Below, one piece after another: positions 10,721 to 24,474 of a stretch of 64,000 nucleotides of DNA. The number at the start of each line of letters is the position of its first letter. Within the stretch, counting starts at the first letter, position 1. The notes under the pieces are model-generated. The model made no database searches. It was not told the origin of the DNA and saw nothing but the letters and a program-made list of their open reading frames with translations. The stretch is from Klebsormidium nitens (lineage: Eukaryota > Plantae > Klebsormidiophyceae). A program made the position numbers and the translations under genes. The stretch is taken from positions 62,001 through 126,000 of the forward strand of contig DF237070.1 of NCBI GenBank assembly GCA_000708835.1, read 5' to 3'.

Positions 10721-13700
10721 ATGGCGTGCAGCAGCGCTCTCCCCCTCAGTGTTTGCACCTCAGGCTTGGTGCCGAGCTGGTTGCCTGGCGCGTTTCACTA
10801 CAGTGTCTCCTCAAGGTGGACCCTCCACGTCTCCCAACGAACAACTAGAGTCGGCGCGGGTGCGAGGTCCCAGCAGGAACGGCATCACAGTACTGAGGCT
10901 GAACATGACGGAAAGCGGCCTGCGTGGGTTCCCCACCCCGACACGCTCAAGTACGGCCACAAGCGCGTCTTGGCCCTCGATGGAGGGGGCATCCGGGGCA
11001 TCATCCTGGGTACGTGAGGTGCTGCACCGATTGGATGTAGCTGGATATGCAAGCTTATTATGTCCTTCAATTCTCTGGTTTTGCAAGAGTACAATGTGAG
11101 GGTGCAAGCTGGGGATGCAGAGGCTGGAGATGGTTCCAACACACAGTGCTCAATTATGCAGCAAGGAGCTGGCTTTCTCAGCGATCTGCACCAGCTCTCA
11201 CGTTGCCTCAAAGCTGTCGACTTTTTGGTTCCATTCTATGCCAGCCACATGATCGTGACGCAGCCTTTCAATCACCAACATCTTTGGTCCTGCTGTTGTG
11301 CTCTGGTCTTGCTCAGACTTGTTTTGAATTGCTCTATTCAGAGGGACGTTGTATGCCGCCCAAAGTGAAACAAGTTATAGCTGGCTTGTATTGCCTTTAC
11401 TCTAGAGAGAATCAGGGCCAGTCCATAGCCAAAAGCTGACAGCTTTCTGCCTTTTCATTACAGGAGTGGTTTTAGAGTACCTGGAGGACACCATCCTTGA
11501 GGTTCTGAGGGAGCGGCATAAGAACGAAAATATTGAGCGAAAAGACATCTACCTGGCAGGTAGGGCAGCAGCCCCACCAAGAGCTGATCAGAGAGGCTCA
11601 GAACCAACTCGATGCCCTTCTTCTTGTTAAGCCACGTTCATTCCTGCGCACTGGCCTCCTTCATCTGATCGAAGGCGTGGAGGTTGCCAATCCTGCCATC
11701 CCTTGTAGGCATGAGTTTGTTGTCCTCTAAGTCAGTCTCAGGGTCTAGTTTGCGCCATGTGCAGAATTCTTTGACATCATCGCTGGGACCTCCACGGGGG
11801 GCCTGCTCGCGCTCTACCTGGCGTCTAGGGGCCGGACTTATGACACCCTGGGCAAAAGCAGGCTGGGCCTCACAGAAAAGGAGAGGATGATGATGGAAGA
11901 ACCAAACAACAAAACCTACCACCGCAAGGTGAGGCCGAGAGTTCTAGTGACGGAGGGCACTTGCTATCACGGTGCATTATGGAGAGGGGGAATCTGGACA
12001 TCTAACTTCCAAGTGTTGGTTCAGTACATGCAGGAGGGAGAGTGGCAACAATTCATTGTGGAGCTACTCTCGAGCTGGGCTGATTGCTTTGAACTGCATG
12101 CCCTTAATGTGGGGTAAAATGAGCTTCTTCAAACATAGGAAGGTCTACGGCTGGAGGAACAAGCAAGCTAGGCAGGCATTGTGTCTCTTGATGCTCCATT
12201 GCGGGCAGTGTTTATTCTGCAGGGTGGCGCAACAGCAGCTCTTCAAATGTATCGGGCCAACGCGTCGAACATCTTCAAGCACACGGTGCCAGGCTATCTT
12301 CGCTGGGGTGAGTCCAGGGCCCAGTCTGTCAAGCACTATCTTTTGCAAGGACCCATCTTATGCTCTGAGGTCCCTTGCATCGATCTTTGAGAGATCTTTG
12401 CTGGCAACCTATCAGCAACTGTGTAGAAGGGATCACACAATGGTGAGGGGCTCTCTCAAAAGCAGAAGAAAAATGACCTAGGCGCGCTATCTGACATACA
12501 CGTTCCACCTTGTGCAGCTCCCGTGGAGTGGATCAGTGAAACCTTCTTGAGGGCTAAGTATGGCTCTAACGGCATTGAGAGTGTGCTGCAAGACGTTTTT
12601 GGTGCTGACACCCAGTCTAAGAAGAGCCCGATGCTGACTCTCAAGGACCTCTCGGTGAGATAGCGAAGCATTTCTGCCCACAGCCCTGCGTAGCTTGCTG
12701 CTACGACAGCACGCCCCTGTTTAGGAGCGGTTGCACCTATACACTGCCAGAAGGAAAGAATCCTTTGGCTCGGAGCCTTCTTCAATAAGCAGCACGTGCC
12801 GATGCGATGCGGGCGTAACTTTTGCAGTGCATTGCTGAGGCCAGATCATATGTCCCCATCAGAACATTAAATCGAGACCCGCTTTTAAGTACGCTTTTCA
12901 GTATGGCCAGGGCGAAATGAGTCCAGCACCGAACTGAAAAAGGAGACTTTTCAGTCGATACTGATCTTACAATTGGGAGCAGAATTTCACACCGCGTATG
13001 GTCTTAGAAAGGGGACTTCTCAGACGGAAGCGTCCTTAAAGTCGTTTCAACATCGAACTCAATCCTAGTCCTGATTCATAGTGAAAGCTGGCGGCTCCTA
13101 CTCATCTGGCTTCACGAGGTGCAGGCCTCCGTGGTGATCCCCAGCTTCAATACCAAGGAGATCTCGCCCTTCACGTTCTTTTACAACTCGTGCGCCAACT
13201 GCCAGCGGCCCGGCTTCACGTTTGTGGGCAACAACCCAAAAGACAAGTACGCGTCCGACGAACTGTGCACGTTCACCGCCAACTTCCCGCTCTGGCAGGT
13301 GGCACGTGCCACCTCAGCAGCGCCGACGTTCTTCCCAGGTTCGTTCTCAGGAGCGGGCCCTGTTCAAGTCAGGTCTAGGGGATCCAGGTTCGTACAAGAA
13401 TTTCAACAACGAGGAGGTATCGTGCCAATTCGGTAGTGAAGCTGGTGCACCCTCGTGCTTCGATAGGAGTGCGCATGGCAGACGGCCCGTTTGGATGGGT
13501 GTTGTGACTTGGCTCCGTGCTCTGCTCCCGCCTCAGATACCAAGCTCTCATGCAAGTATTTCCCCAAACTCCGTCTTTCTGTTAGGTCCCGACTTTCGGC
13601 ATTTGCTTATGCAGTTGCGTTTGTTGAGCACGTGGGCCCTGATCCGAAGAATGACGAAGGCGTGAAGCCACCCATTGAGCCCCTGGAGCTTATCGATGGA

Positions 13701-15201
13701 GGCGTTGCTGCCAACGACCCCGCATTCCAGGTATGCTGAACGTCCTGAGACGCGGCCAGAGCAGGATTCAGCACGGTGCAGGTGCAACGGAGGGATGAAG
13801 CAGCTAGGGTTCACGTAGCAGCGCTTGTTGGCTCCCACTAGTGCTTGGTCATTTGAGACGCCAAAGAGTTTTTGGTATGCTACAAGACCTTTTGTCGGGA
13901 CTGCTTAGAGTGGCTCCGATCGGAATGGATCGGGCCTCCTTTTGATACAGCTTTCTAAATCTGCAAGCAGCTTGTTACCTTCATTCAAACCAAGTCCGGA
14001 ACGGCTCATAGGACTCGGGGTTTGTTTCACGAGCATTCACATCTTTCTTCGAAGTGCAGTAATATTCCACTTTGTCCCCTATCGCCCGTTTCACACATTC
14101 GGGCTCACTACCCTCCAATGCCCTCCGCAGGCCGTCCTGCTCCAGGGCAAGATGTATGGTGCGTCTCTGAAAGCCGAGAATAAGAAACCCAATTGGTTGC
14201 TGCCCACGGATTTCGCGATCCTGTCCCTCGGCACGGGGACGATCAAGACGGCCGCGCCTCAGAAAGGCGGCGCTAAGCTGTCGGTGGTGAGCGATCTGGT
14301 GGGCAAAGTGCTGATGGGCAGTGCCTCCGACCTGGTGCACAGCTACTTCAAGGCCATGATGGTGAGCCCAAAAACTTCCCTTCTCCTAAGCTGCTTTTTG
14401 CGGTAACGCTTGGCTCGACGCGCGACACTGATGAGGCCACTTGCGTCTCGTGCTGCAACTTGCAGCGGGTTGGGCGCGAACTTAGAAAGCGTCGCCAATT
14501 TTCCTTCCGTTTGATGCTCAACATGCGAAGTGAATCTTGCCGGTGCTTGTTTGTGGAGACGGAAGAAGGTAATCAAGTCCTTCCATGGCATCGACCGTCC
14601 GGTCCTTTGCACGTTTCCGTCCATCGCCCTTTGAATGATCCTCTTTACCTTGCTAGCTAGGGAGCTGCCAACCGGCTTTTCCCGTCCACTAAAGGTTGTC
14701 GGTAGGCAGACTCCTTGACAGAATAAAAAAGAAGGGGACGAGACAGCACCGCCAAAGAGGATCCGAAGAGGCCAAAGAAAGAGCTCTCGGTTTCTTGATA
14801 CGGCTTCCCTTGCTGACGTAACTCCGTCTGTGCAGGCCAACCTGCCCGAGGGGGAGGGGCACAAGCCTGAGATGGACCGGGAGCCGCCGTGTCCGTACCT
14901 GCGCATCCAGAAGACGGACACCAGCTCGGACGATAAGAAGGAGATGATCAAGCTGGCACAAGACGTGCTCCAGAGGGCGGCGACGGATGACGAGAAGCAG
15001 CGCTACAAGAACTGCCTCAACATCATGGATGACGTCAGCGAGGCGAACATGAACATGCTGGAGCACATCGGGGAGTTTCTGGGGCGCCACATCACGGGGC
15101 GGGTGGCGCATGATGAGGACGGCCGGAAGCACCGGAACCTGTTGAGGGACTACGTGGTGGAGTACGTGCTGAAGCCTGCTGAAGTAGCAGGTAGCAACTA
15201 G
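10721..15201 (+). CDS. Patatin-like phospholipase / lipid acyl hydrolase with putative plastid transit peptide, about 8 exons
   Basis: Exon 1 10721-11009 ends with RVLALDGGGIRGIIL. Later exons give EFFDIIAGTSTGGLLA (GxSxG nucleophile, about 11764-11928), WQVARATSAAPTFFP (about 13125-13338), LIDGGVAAND (about 13614-13730) and FAILSLGTG (about 14131-14362). The last exon ends at TAG 15199-15201. The N-terminus is Ser/Ala/Arg-rich and acid-poor. Confidence 0.92.
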
Positions 15202-15413
15202 AGCGGGCCTTCTTTTCAAGGGTGGGAGTTTTGGAGCAGCGGTGAAGAGAGTGTTGATGAGTTGCACGAGAGCCGCGTGGGACTACAATCGACCGCCAAT
15301 GCCGCCTTGCTTGCGAGCACTGCTGAGTAGCGGGTACGCTTGATTGTCATCGCGCCCATCATTGGGGAGCGAAAGGTTACAATAGTGTTGTGTGTTGTTC
15401 TGCTACGTACTGT

Positions 15414-15799
15414 TATCTGGGAGCAGAAATTAGTTATTTAGGTGGTTGCAGAAACCAGCAAACCTTGACTTGTATTGGTATCGCCTTTGAGGACCATAGG
15501 CGCTGTAAAGTAAAATGAACGATAGTCAGCCTACAATTTGCTTGAACCTACTGTAGCCTAGGTTACGAACGAAAAATGTGGGTGTACTTTACCAGCTGCT
15601 ATGTTTTGGTATCTGGGATGAGCAGAAATTAGTTATTTAGGTGGTTGCAAAGATCAGCAACCCTTGACTTGTATTGATATTGCCTTTGAGGACCATAGGC
15701 GCTGTAAAGTCAGAAGAACGATAGTTGCAGCCTACAATTTGAGCTTGAACATACTGTAGCCTAGGTCACCAACGAAAACTTGTGTGTGCTTTACCAGCT
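15414..15799. repeat. Two-copy tandem duplication, unit about 200 bp
   Basis: gagcagaaattagttatttaggtggttgca...cctttgaggaccataggcgctgtaaagt...ctgtagcctaggt...tttaccagct occurs starting at 15421 and again at about 15620, with scattered substitutions and small indels. Confidence 0.92.
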
Positions 15800-16474
15800 T
15801 TGGTGTTGCTTGAAGTGTTGCCTCTGTATAAGTGTGGAAGATTTGTCCTCTACGTGCACGTCGGAAAGTGCTGATTATAAATGGACTATGCATGTAACGA
15901 TGCGGTCAGCAACCGGACGCAGCAGCTATGGTCATACATGAAGCTGAGTAGTCGGCTATCAAAGCACACTAGTAAGTTCAGCACGGCAAGCTTTCCATTG
16001 TCCAAAGCCCTCGATCGATCAACTATGAAGCTGCCGCCGTTGACATAAGGTGATTTTGTAGACTAGCTATTCCAGGCCATCTCGACTCGAGGCTCCACCT
16101 GCAATCACATCGAGTATTTGTGACTGTGGAGAAGCGCTCAATTTCAAAGTACTATAGCTCTGCTTTAGAGCTAATCACGGTTTGAAGTATTGAAAGCAAT
16201 CCGCACCGTCAAGCTCGACACTTTGACGGATCCAAGTTCATGTATCTTGTCTGTCTCGTTCGACCGCACACTGCTGAACGATTCGATCGACTGCACGAAC
16301 GGGAACCTGCTTCGATGTACTTCAAGGGCCCCGGTCTGTCCGTGCGGTATCACCGAGAAGTGTCTGTCCGGTTGTGTTCAAACCGGACTCTTGACTTGCT
16401 TATAAGTGTCCTTTGGCCATAGAATTCAATCACGTGCAGCACTGAGACGGCGGCACGATTTCTTGAATACCATC

Positions 16475-19400
16475 TCAACTTACGACCTTGATAGATAGTT
16501 CCTCTAATTGCTTTGGATCCACGCTCGAAGGAGCCCGAGTAAGAAGGTCTACTGCTTGTGTGGTTTTCGGAAAGGCGATTACGTCTCGTATACTGGACTC
16601 CTGTGCCAGCAGCATAACTAGTCGGTCGAGACCATAAGCGATGCCACCTGCAAAGTAGTAACAAAGGAAGGTGACGATCGTGCCGTATTTCTGATTGGCA
16701 AGCGTTGCCCCGTGAATTCAACAAGATTTTTTTGGAGGGTTTTCCAAGCACAAGAGACGCTGATTGACTTTCGCTCACATAGAAGCCCCTGATTGAGAGC
16801 ATTACGTCGACGTGCTCTGTGAATCTTCTTCGGTGTCACGAGAAAGGTTAAAAGTTCTTTATCGGAGTTGGACATCGAGCGGCACATAACGCATCCCGAA
16901 GGAACCAACTAAGGCAACCTTTTGCAGAAAAGAGATCGGTGGATATACCGTGAGGTGGGGCGCCGCAGTCAAAAGCTTCTAAAAGGTACCCGAACTTTTC
17001 CTCCGCCTGCACAGCAGAATAGAGTAACGTTCAATTTCCGCACTGACTCATTCAGAAAGCGCGCTCGATTATGCGGAGGCAATACGGAAAGGTTGCAGCT
17101 GTAAATACCGCTTCCCTAGTTCGACAAAGACTCTGTCCAGCCCTTTTCAGACACTGTCGTCCGGTGTCTTCTACTTTCATTGCCACAAGCAGCGGAACAA
17201 CCCTAAGCACTTTTCTAGAGGTTTTTTCCAGAGAAGGACTAGGTCCGAGGACTGTCCAAGAAGTCGTCAAATTTGACTTTACCTGCTCTGGAGAAAGGCC
17301 AATGAGCTCAAACATCTTCTCTTGGAACTCCCGCCGGTAGATGCGCAGACTGCCGCCGCCGATCTGCATGATACAAGACGAAGTTCACCCTCCGCTCCCT
17401 CGATACGCAAAGCAGTCCCCCAGCGCAGCCAGGAGATCACCCCGTGCCGCCACAGAGAAACGAACAATCTTAGGACGACAAATCGCAAAGGCTGTGATTC
17501 TTGGAAGTTTCCAAGCGTGCAAGCAGAATCTGCTGTAAAAGAACCCACGCAATCTATTCACGATGCCGTCACCCTGTCCTACGCCTCAAGGCAGAGGCGA
17601 GAAGGCCATTCAACGTACTCGACTCAATTGTTCTCTTTGAACGCCACTCAAACCTCTGGGAAAAACCGACAGGCTATCTGAATAAATCCAGATTGTGGCG
17701 CAATCGCAGTCGCATCCTGGCGTAGACCGATTCCCCGATTGCCAAGACGAGAGGGTTGAAAGGTCAAAGGGGTTAAGGAGTTAAGGGAGGGGTTAAGCCC
17801 CACCTCCGTCCCGTTGTAGACCATATCGTATGCGAGCGCCCGTCCGTTCCGCAGATCGTCCATATCGTCCGGATGCGGCGCCGTGAACGGGTGGTGCAGC
17901 GCTTCCAGCCGTTGCTCCTCCTCGTTGAACTCGAACAGCGGGAACTCGGTGATCCAGAGGATTGCATGTGCGTTCTGCTCAACAAGGAATATGTCGGAAT
18001 CACTCAAATCATCCAAGAAGTCGTCCGGGATCGGCGCAGTGAACGAGCAGTCCAGTGAAGTAAGCCAAACCCCCAAGCTGACTCGCTAATCCCCCGTGCT
18101 TCGCGTTGTTATGATACGGTTCCTCGATCACAAACTTTGTGACCATTGAGTTGCGGCGGATGGCGTCGCTCGCTCTTTTCTTTGACCATAAAGAAAAGAA
18201 GTTCCTTCGTCCGTTGACCCCCACCTTGACTATGAGGCCCAGCTTGTCTCCCAAGTAATTCCGCAACCGATCCAACACGCGCGCCACCAACGGTTGAGGC
18301 CCCGCCGCGAAGAGGATGAGGTCGTTGGGTCCCGCGCCGCACCGCTCGAGAAGCGCGGCTTGGCCCTCTCCCGAGAGACTGGACGCAACAGCCGGAATGG
18401 TGTCGAGTTCACCTGCGTAGTGGGACCAGAAAGAAAGTTTGCTTGAGAGATTGGCAGAGTAAAGTCGTCCTCAATGAGACGTTTGGAGGGCATGTCGATG
18501 GAAAAATCGATGGCCCTTAAACAGTGAGCCGAGTCTCGCGAACTGGAAGCGCGGCTTCGCCCTCTTCCGAGAGACCAGACGCGACGGCCGGTATGGTGTC
18601 AAGTGTACCTGCGCAGAAGCAAAGCCTGATTCGAAGATTGCCAGAGAGATAACGTCCCTTGTGGGGTATACGAAGGCATGTCGAAGACTTAGTCGAAAAG
18701 CATTAGAAATGTATTTTGAATTGGAAGCGCGCTTTGGCTATCTTCCAAGAAACTGGACGCGACAGTCGGTATGGTGTCAAAGTACCTGCACGATGGGACC
18801 GGAAGGAAGGCTGGTTAGGAGCTGGTGAAGTACAATCGTCCTTAGTGGGAAGTTAGAAGGGCGTGTCGACGACTTAACCAAAGGTCTTTTGTTCGTGATC
18901 CGAATCCTCGCGCACTGGAAGCGCGGCTTGACCCTCTTCCGAGAGACTGGACGCACGCGCCGGGATGGTGTCGAGTCTACCGGCGCGGAAGCAAAGCCTG
19001 TTCGGGAGCCTGTCGAAAGAAGGACTTTCAAGTCGGCTCTTTGAAACGCGTTTCAAACATTTGATCAAAGGATCTCTTAGACCGTGACCCAAGTGAGGTA
19101 GTACTGCCGGTGTGCCTCAAAGTATTGGTCACCTCGAGCAGCGTCTCCTGGTAGATCCGCCCGAAAGCAACTTTTCGCTCGAATTCTCTTTTCCCGAATG
19201 CACCTCTTTCAACCGTCGAAAGTGGCTAGTGCGCTTCTAGGGACGTGGAACTTTGAAGGGGGACGCGACTGGCCGGAAGCTTGACAGCCCACTGACATCG
19301 CGCCTTTGATTCACCTTTTAACAATGGGCTGGAAGACACCCTTCACATCCTGGCATACACTCGAGCGATTATTGACCTTCTTGATTGACCATGTTACGGT

Positions 19401-22400
19401 GTTCGCTCACCTCTACCGTTGATCCCGGATTCTCGCTTGCAAGCTTTGCAAAAACGACTAACTTCAACAGATCGCATATTAGACTCTATGCAACGTCTTT
19501 CATGCCTTTCAGAACCTTGGCTTTCAGAATCGGGCCAGGAAGGTCTTAGCGCCAAAGAAAGGCAGGACTATGTACGCACCATCCTTGAGCACCCGGATGT
19601 ACGCCAGCCCCTGCGCTCCCGCGCTCACGGCTTGCTCCAGAACGTCGCCCTTTTTCAGCCGCTGTTTTGAGATGGACTCCGCGCCCCCAGTCACAACGAT
19701 CGCCCTGACAGCCCCGCCACTCGCTATTGCTCCAGAGAACACCTGGCAATGAGAAAAGCTTCTCATGGAGCTCCGGTCTTGAAGTTCGTTCTTAAAGATG
19801 TTCGTTGATTAGGAGCCTACGCAGGATGCGCCACAGCTCTTCCCTGGTTACAATTCTCCGGAGCCAACTGGAGCTGTCTCCATACAGGCAAATTTATTTC
19901 GTAAGCTGTGCTTCACAAGGATTTCCAGATTGCTCCTCGACCGTTCCCTTACGAGAACCTGAGACACGGAAGTTGGCGAGAATCATACACAGAGGCGAAT
20001 GATTCTTACTCAAGCTCCAACCTATCTGCATCTTAAAGCGGATTTTTGACCTCACTGGCTTCGGTGTTCTCGTGAAAAGGTGATATGGTCTCATTTAGCC
20101 AGGGCCAACGACCGATTAGAAACTCCTTCCTGAAGCCGTCACACCTACAACACGATTTCACAAACCAAACATGAACCGGTGTGGGACCCCCTGCCGAGAT
20201 TACGTATGCCGACATGTAATTTGGGCACCATGATGTAGGATCTAGAATATCGGATTGCGACAACTGGAAGAGCTATGAGATTGAGTTGCCACGTGTTTAA
20301 TTCAAGGCGCCTACCCGTGACGCGTGTCGTGATCAGGGGGCCCACCTTGAAGCTCGAGTCCGCAACTAGATCCGACATGTCCTTAATCTCCATCCCGAAT
20401 CGGAGGTCCGGTTTGTCGCTCCCGAAGCGCGCCATGGCGTCAGCATACGTCAGCCGCGGGAACGGCCTCGGCAAGTCCACCCCCCGAATTTCCTTGAACA
20501 CCTGAGGCCAGCGGTTTGGGGGCCGGGTTTGCAACGAGTTAGCGTTCTGGTTATCGACGGTTAAAAACGACCAGGAGGATTTTTCGGGTTGCTTAGAAGT
20601 TGGTTAGTGGTAGACCAGACTCATACTCGCTCCGATTAGTTTTTTGACAGGCGACAGGGATATCGCACAGGCCCAAAAGATGAGAGTTGAGCCGTTCTTA
20701 AGGGTCTCACAGTGACGCACAACCGTTTCGTCGAGGAACGGGCTCGGAGGTCTGCAAACGGTCTCAGGTCCGACACAGGGTGCCAAGTAGACACCAAACC
20801 GGACCGTTGATTCCAACCTCTGACAAGACCAGCAAAATTAGAAGCGCGAGCGTGTATTAACTGTCGGTAATCTTTTCCATGCAACAAGACACCTTTGTGC
20901 AACCACGTACAGCTTTGACAATGCCAGGATCACTAAGCGGTTCGAAACTGACTCACTTTGCGGATCAGGTCCTCGTTGAGCTGTAGAATGTCCTCCTGCG
21001 TCATGAACGACATCTCCATATCCACTTGCGTAAACTCGGGTTGCCGGTCGGACCGCAAACTCTCGTCCCGGAAACACCTGCGGTAAATCACGGGGTCAAA
21101 GTCGGATTGGCGCGGTTTTCCCTTCTCCTTCTTCTGCAGCCTTACGCACACAGAGAGATAATCTGCACACAATGATCGCAAGCGTCGGACCTGTTCGACT
21201 CAAGACCCTGATCCCTCCTGATCACCATCTGATATACTCCAAATGACCCTTTATCCAGATTCAACATGCCTTACGTCATCCCCTTACCTTGCAATCTGGT
21301 AGTACCGGTCGAAGCCGGAGACCATGAGCATCTGCTTGAAGAGTTGGGGGCTTTGGGGCAGGGCGTAAAACTCGCCCGGCTGCAAGAGAGAAGGTTTGTC
21401 CTCTTTTAGCTTTTCCGGAATTCAAAGAGAGTGTCGACGATTCTCCTCCGGTCGATGAAACAAAGTGGCTTGTGTAGACTCGACGGGGGTGCCCAGGTTT
21501 TAGGGTCGACGGTCTAACCCTTTGCTTATGTCATCTGCGGCTCTTTACTGCAGCTCTTCCGCAGCTTTTGCAGAACGCAAGGCTTTACACGTGGCCTTCG
21601 TCTTCCAAGTCCCTGGGATCAAACTCGGCTCCCGCCGTCAAATGAGCGTAGCTCCTGCAACCGTTCGCACAAGCCCGTACTATAGATAGCACATCCGATG
21701 CAAACCCGGTAGGTCTGGCAAGTCCGAATTTTCCATCCCCAGGTAACCCACGCACTGCGCACCTGTACGCGGCTGGGCACGAGGTAGTCCCGCGCGCCTT
21801 CGGGCGTCGATCGCGTCAGAATGGGCGTCTCGATCTCGATAAAGTTGTGGTCGTCCTCCAGGAAACGCCGCATGCACTTGACAACGGCGTGGCGCATGCG
21901 CAGGTTCGCGCTCATCTGCGGCCGCCGGAGGTCCAGGTGGCGGTACCTGAGTGGTTAAGAATGGAGAAATCACTTAATCGATTACCGAATGCGGCTTTCC
22001 AGGTATAGATCAAGGTAGCCATGTTCGGCGGACCCAACAAAAAGGTGGCGGTACGTGATTGGCCGATGCGAAGTTGCCTTGAGAAGGAGCTTTCAATGAC
22101 TCGTTTCGTCTACGGACTCTTCGCAACTTCGAAAGGATCTTTCTAGACTTCTGTAGTAGAAGCTATTGAGCCGTGTTTTCTGAAGGAAAGCATACGGAAT
22201 CAAGGAAGCAGGGAACATACGGTTGACCAGGGCTAAAGGGACGGTTCAACCGCTTGGGCGCTGATGGACACCGATGCAAGCCAAGACATTAGCGCTTCGT
22301 TATGAACCAAATACCGGCATCAGTAATGTAAGCATTCCGCTCAGATTACTGATTACGAGGGCAATATGTGCAAAAGCTTGAACTTCATGAATTGTTTTCT

Positions 22401-24474
22401 GATCTTGCCGATCCTTGATACACAACCTCAAAACAGAGCAATGATCGAGCCCCTGCCCTTCCTATCACCGCAACGAACCTGGTCCAATCCTAACAGCGGA
22501 GTTTCGGGCGCTTGCCTGAGCCTCGTCTCCTCTCGCGCTTCCTCCTGTTCCTCAGCGACCATCACTTGCAGCGGCAGCGCTCCCCTCACCGGATTCAGCA
22601 GCTGCAGGCTCTCCGCTACGACCTGTACGAAGAGATTCTTGAGCATTCAGTAGCGTTAGAATCTTGTCAAGCTACCAGTCGGATATGCAGGTCGAAAACA
22701 GGCTTTCGTGAAGGTATGCCCTAGGTAACCAAAAGAGAACTTAATAGGAACCGCAAAAACTTTGCGAAAGCAAAGAACAGCAAGAGCGATTGTGTAGCCG
22801 AAGGTTGAGGCTCGTAGTGACAATCACGAGTAGCCAGGGGACCATTAGCAAGTTACTACAGGCCCGATAAATCAGATCTGCAAGCTTGGCATTGTCGTAC
22901 AACTGACAGGGAATATTGAGCTTCTTGCTCGACGAAACATTAGAATTCTATCTTTCGATAGTCCTGGACAAGTTCCTGCTGCCCTCAGACATGGTGCAAA
23001 AGTCGAAGCACACACCTCGACCTCCCCCGTTGGCATGTTTGGATTGACCATTTCGTCCGGTCGCGGCTGCACTGTGCCCTCCACAACGACCACGTACTCT
23101 AGTCGCACCCTCTCGGCGGCCAGGTGAACCGCAGCAAAGCGTGTCGGGTTTGACACTATCTGCACCAGCACAGTTGCCAACTGTCAAACCACTGCAGGTT
23201 TACTTTCTGTACAAGCGACGAAAGGAGGAACGACTATTCTAGTCGCACCCTGTCTGCGGCCAAGTATTTATGCCGCAAACAGCCAGATAAGAGACCTAAA
23301 GCTTGAGCATGTTCAAAGGTGCTGTGCTTAGTCGTTGGAAATGTTTCAAAGTCGGCGAGTTTGAACCACATGAGGAGGCAAGTAGCCCAAGTAGCGGGGT
23401 GTTATGCAGGTTCTGATCACGCTCCGGCAAAAGGCTCAATTTTGAGGACCTTGAAGGGCACTTCTCGAACTCAGAGAACAGGATACACACATCACTCCAT
23501 AATCAACCCGTGTAGACAACAAACGCAACATTTGATTGTGTTTTTTGACTCCAAAATTGGGCCTCTCAAGGAACATTGCAGATGAGTCGTCTGTGTCAGA
23601 TCAGAGCAGAGGTTCCTCTTTGTCATCTCTCTTTCAGCTCAAGAACAGCAACAGGTCGCCAAGAATTGAAAGGCACCACTTCTGCCCTCAAGATTCACAG
23701 AGTCTGTCATTTCCATCCAGGTTTGGCCCTCCTATCATGACGCTGGTTGTATGAAGAATCAACACGGCAAGCACGATTTGGAGATTCAACGGACAGGTTT
23801 GGGCAACCACCACCACATCATCGCTGTCAACTTGTCACCAACGCTTACACACTGTTTTGGGCAATTGATACACACTTTTTCTGAGAAACCAGGTGATCAG
23901 GAAGGATAATCAACATATGTGACAAAGCCACAGCACTGCCGACCTGGATGATCCCTGTGTGATCCCTTAGGTTCACAAATGCCACCCCCCCATGACTCCT
24001 CTGCTGTGCCACCCACCCACAGAGCCTCACGCTCTTCCCCACGTCCGCTTTTGTGAGCTGTCCGCACGCGTGCGTCCGGTTCGTCCAAACCAGGCCCTCA
24101 GCCAATGGCAGCGGGTCTGCATCTCCTGATGCATCAGCGGTCTCCAATTGTTGTGTTTCTGCAACGGCCGCTGCTCTGATTTGTTGTCTCCCTAGTTTCT
24201 GGGGGGCTTCATTGTGACGAATCGAACGCAAAGCCTGAGAACAACCACTTAAAAAGGACCGGTGCATTTGGGGCCCGAGATTGGAAGCTGATGGAAGGTT
24301 GCATTTGCTGAGACGTTTGTGCCTGGAGCCAACTAAGTTTGGAAGGGCTTGGACGATGCCACGGCATTGTAGACTTACTTCACATTGTGTGGCCCAGCTA
24401 GCACTTTGATGGCACTTCCTCAAGACTGATTGCAGGGCCGGCCGCTGAGCAGAGAGAGAAGCCATGCTGCCCAT
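16475..24474 (-). CDS. aspS: Aspartyl-tRNA synthetase, bacterial-type organellar (plastid/mitochondrial), multi-exon with transit peptide
   Basis: Exon 1 24474-23944 (...WTNRTHACG...[29 protein letters not shown]), then [104 protein letters not shown]-domain exons, [64 protein letters not shown]. Stop TGA at 16477-16475. Confidence 0.96.
18345..18995 (-). repeat. Array of 3 decayed copies plus the functional copy of an AspRS acceptor/exon start (periods 196, 177, 195 bp)
   Basis: Real acceptor CAG at 18415-18413 ([21 protein letters not shown]). Copies: 18611-18609 (CAG; [21 protein letters not shown]), 18788-18786 (CAG, frameshifted) and 18983-18981 (CGG; [21 protein letters not shown]). 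Confidence 0.92.

Noticed and set aside
18345-18995. Regularly spaced repeats resembling a CRISPR array
   Set aside because: The units are 70-nt-plus degenerate copies of an AspRS exon start in a eukaryotic intron. The spacers are mutually related and there are no cas genes.
23960-24010. His in RSHGG suggesting a non-discriminating AspRS
   Set aside because: The second determinant (Gly in RP-x-G) is Glu here, and this pattern is usual for plant organellar AspRS, so it is not informative.
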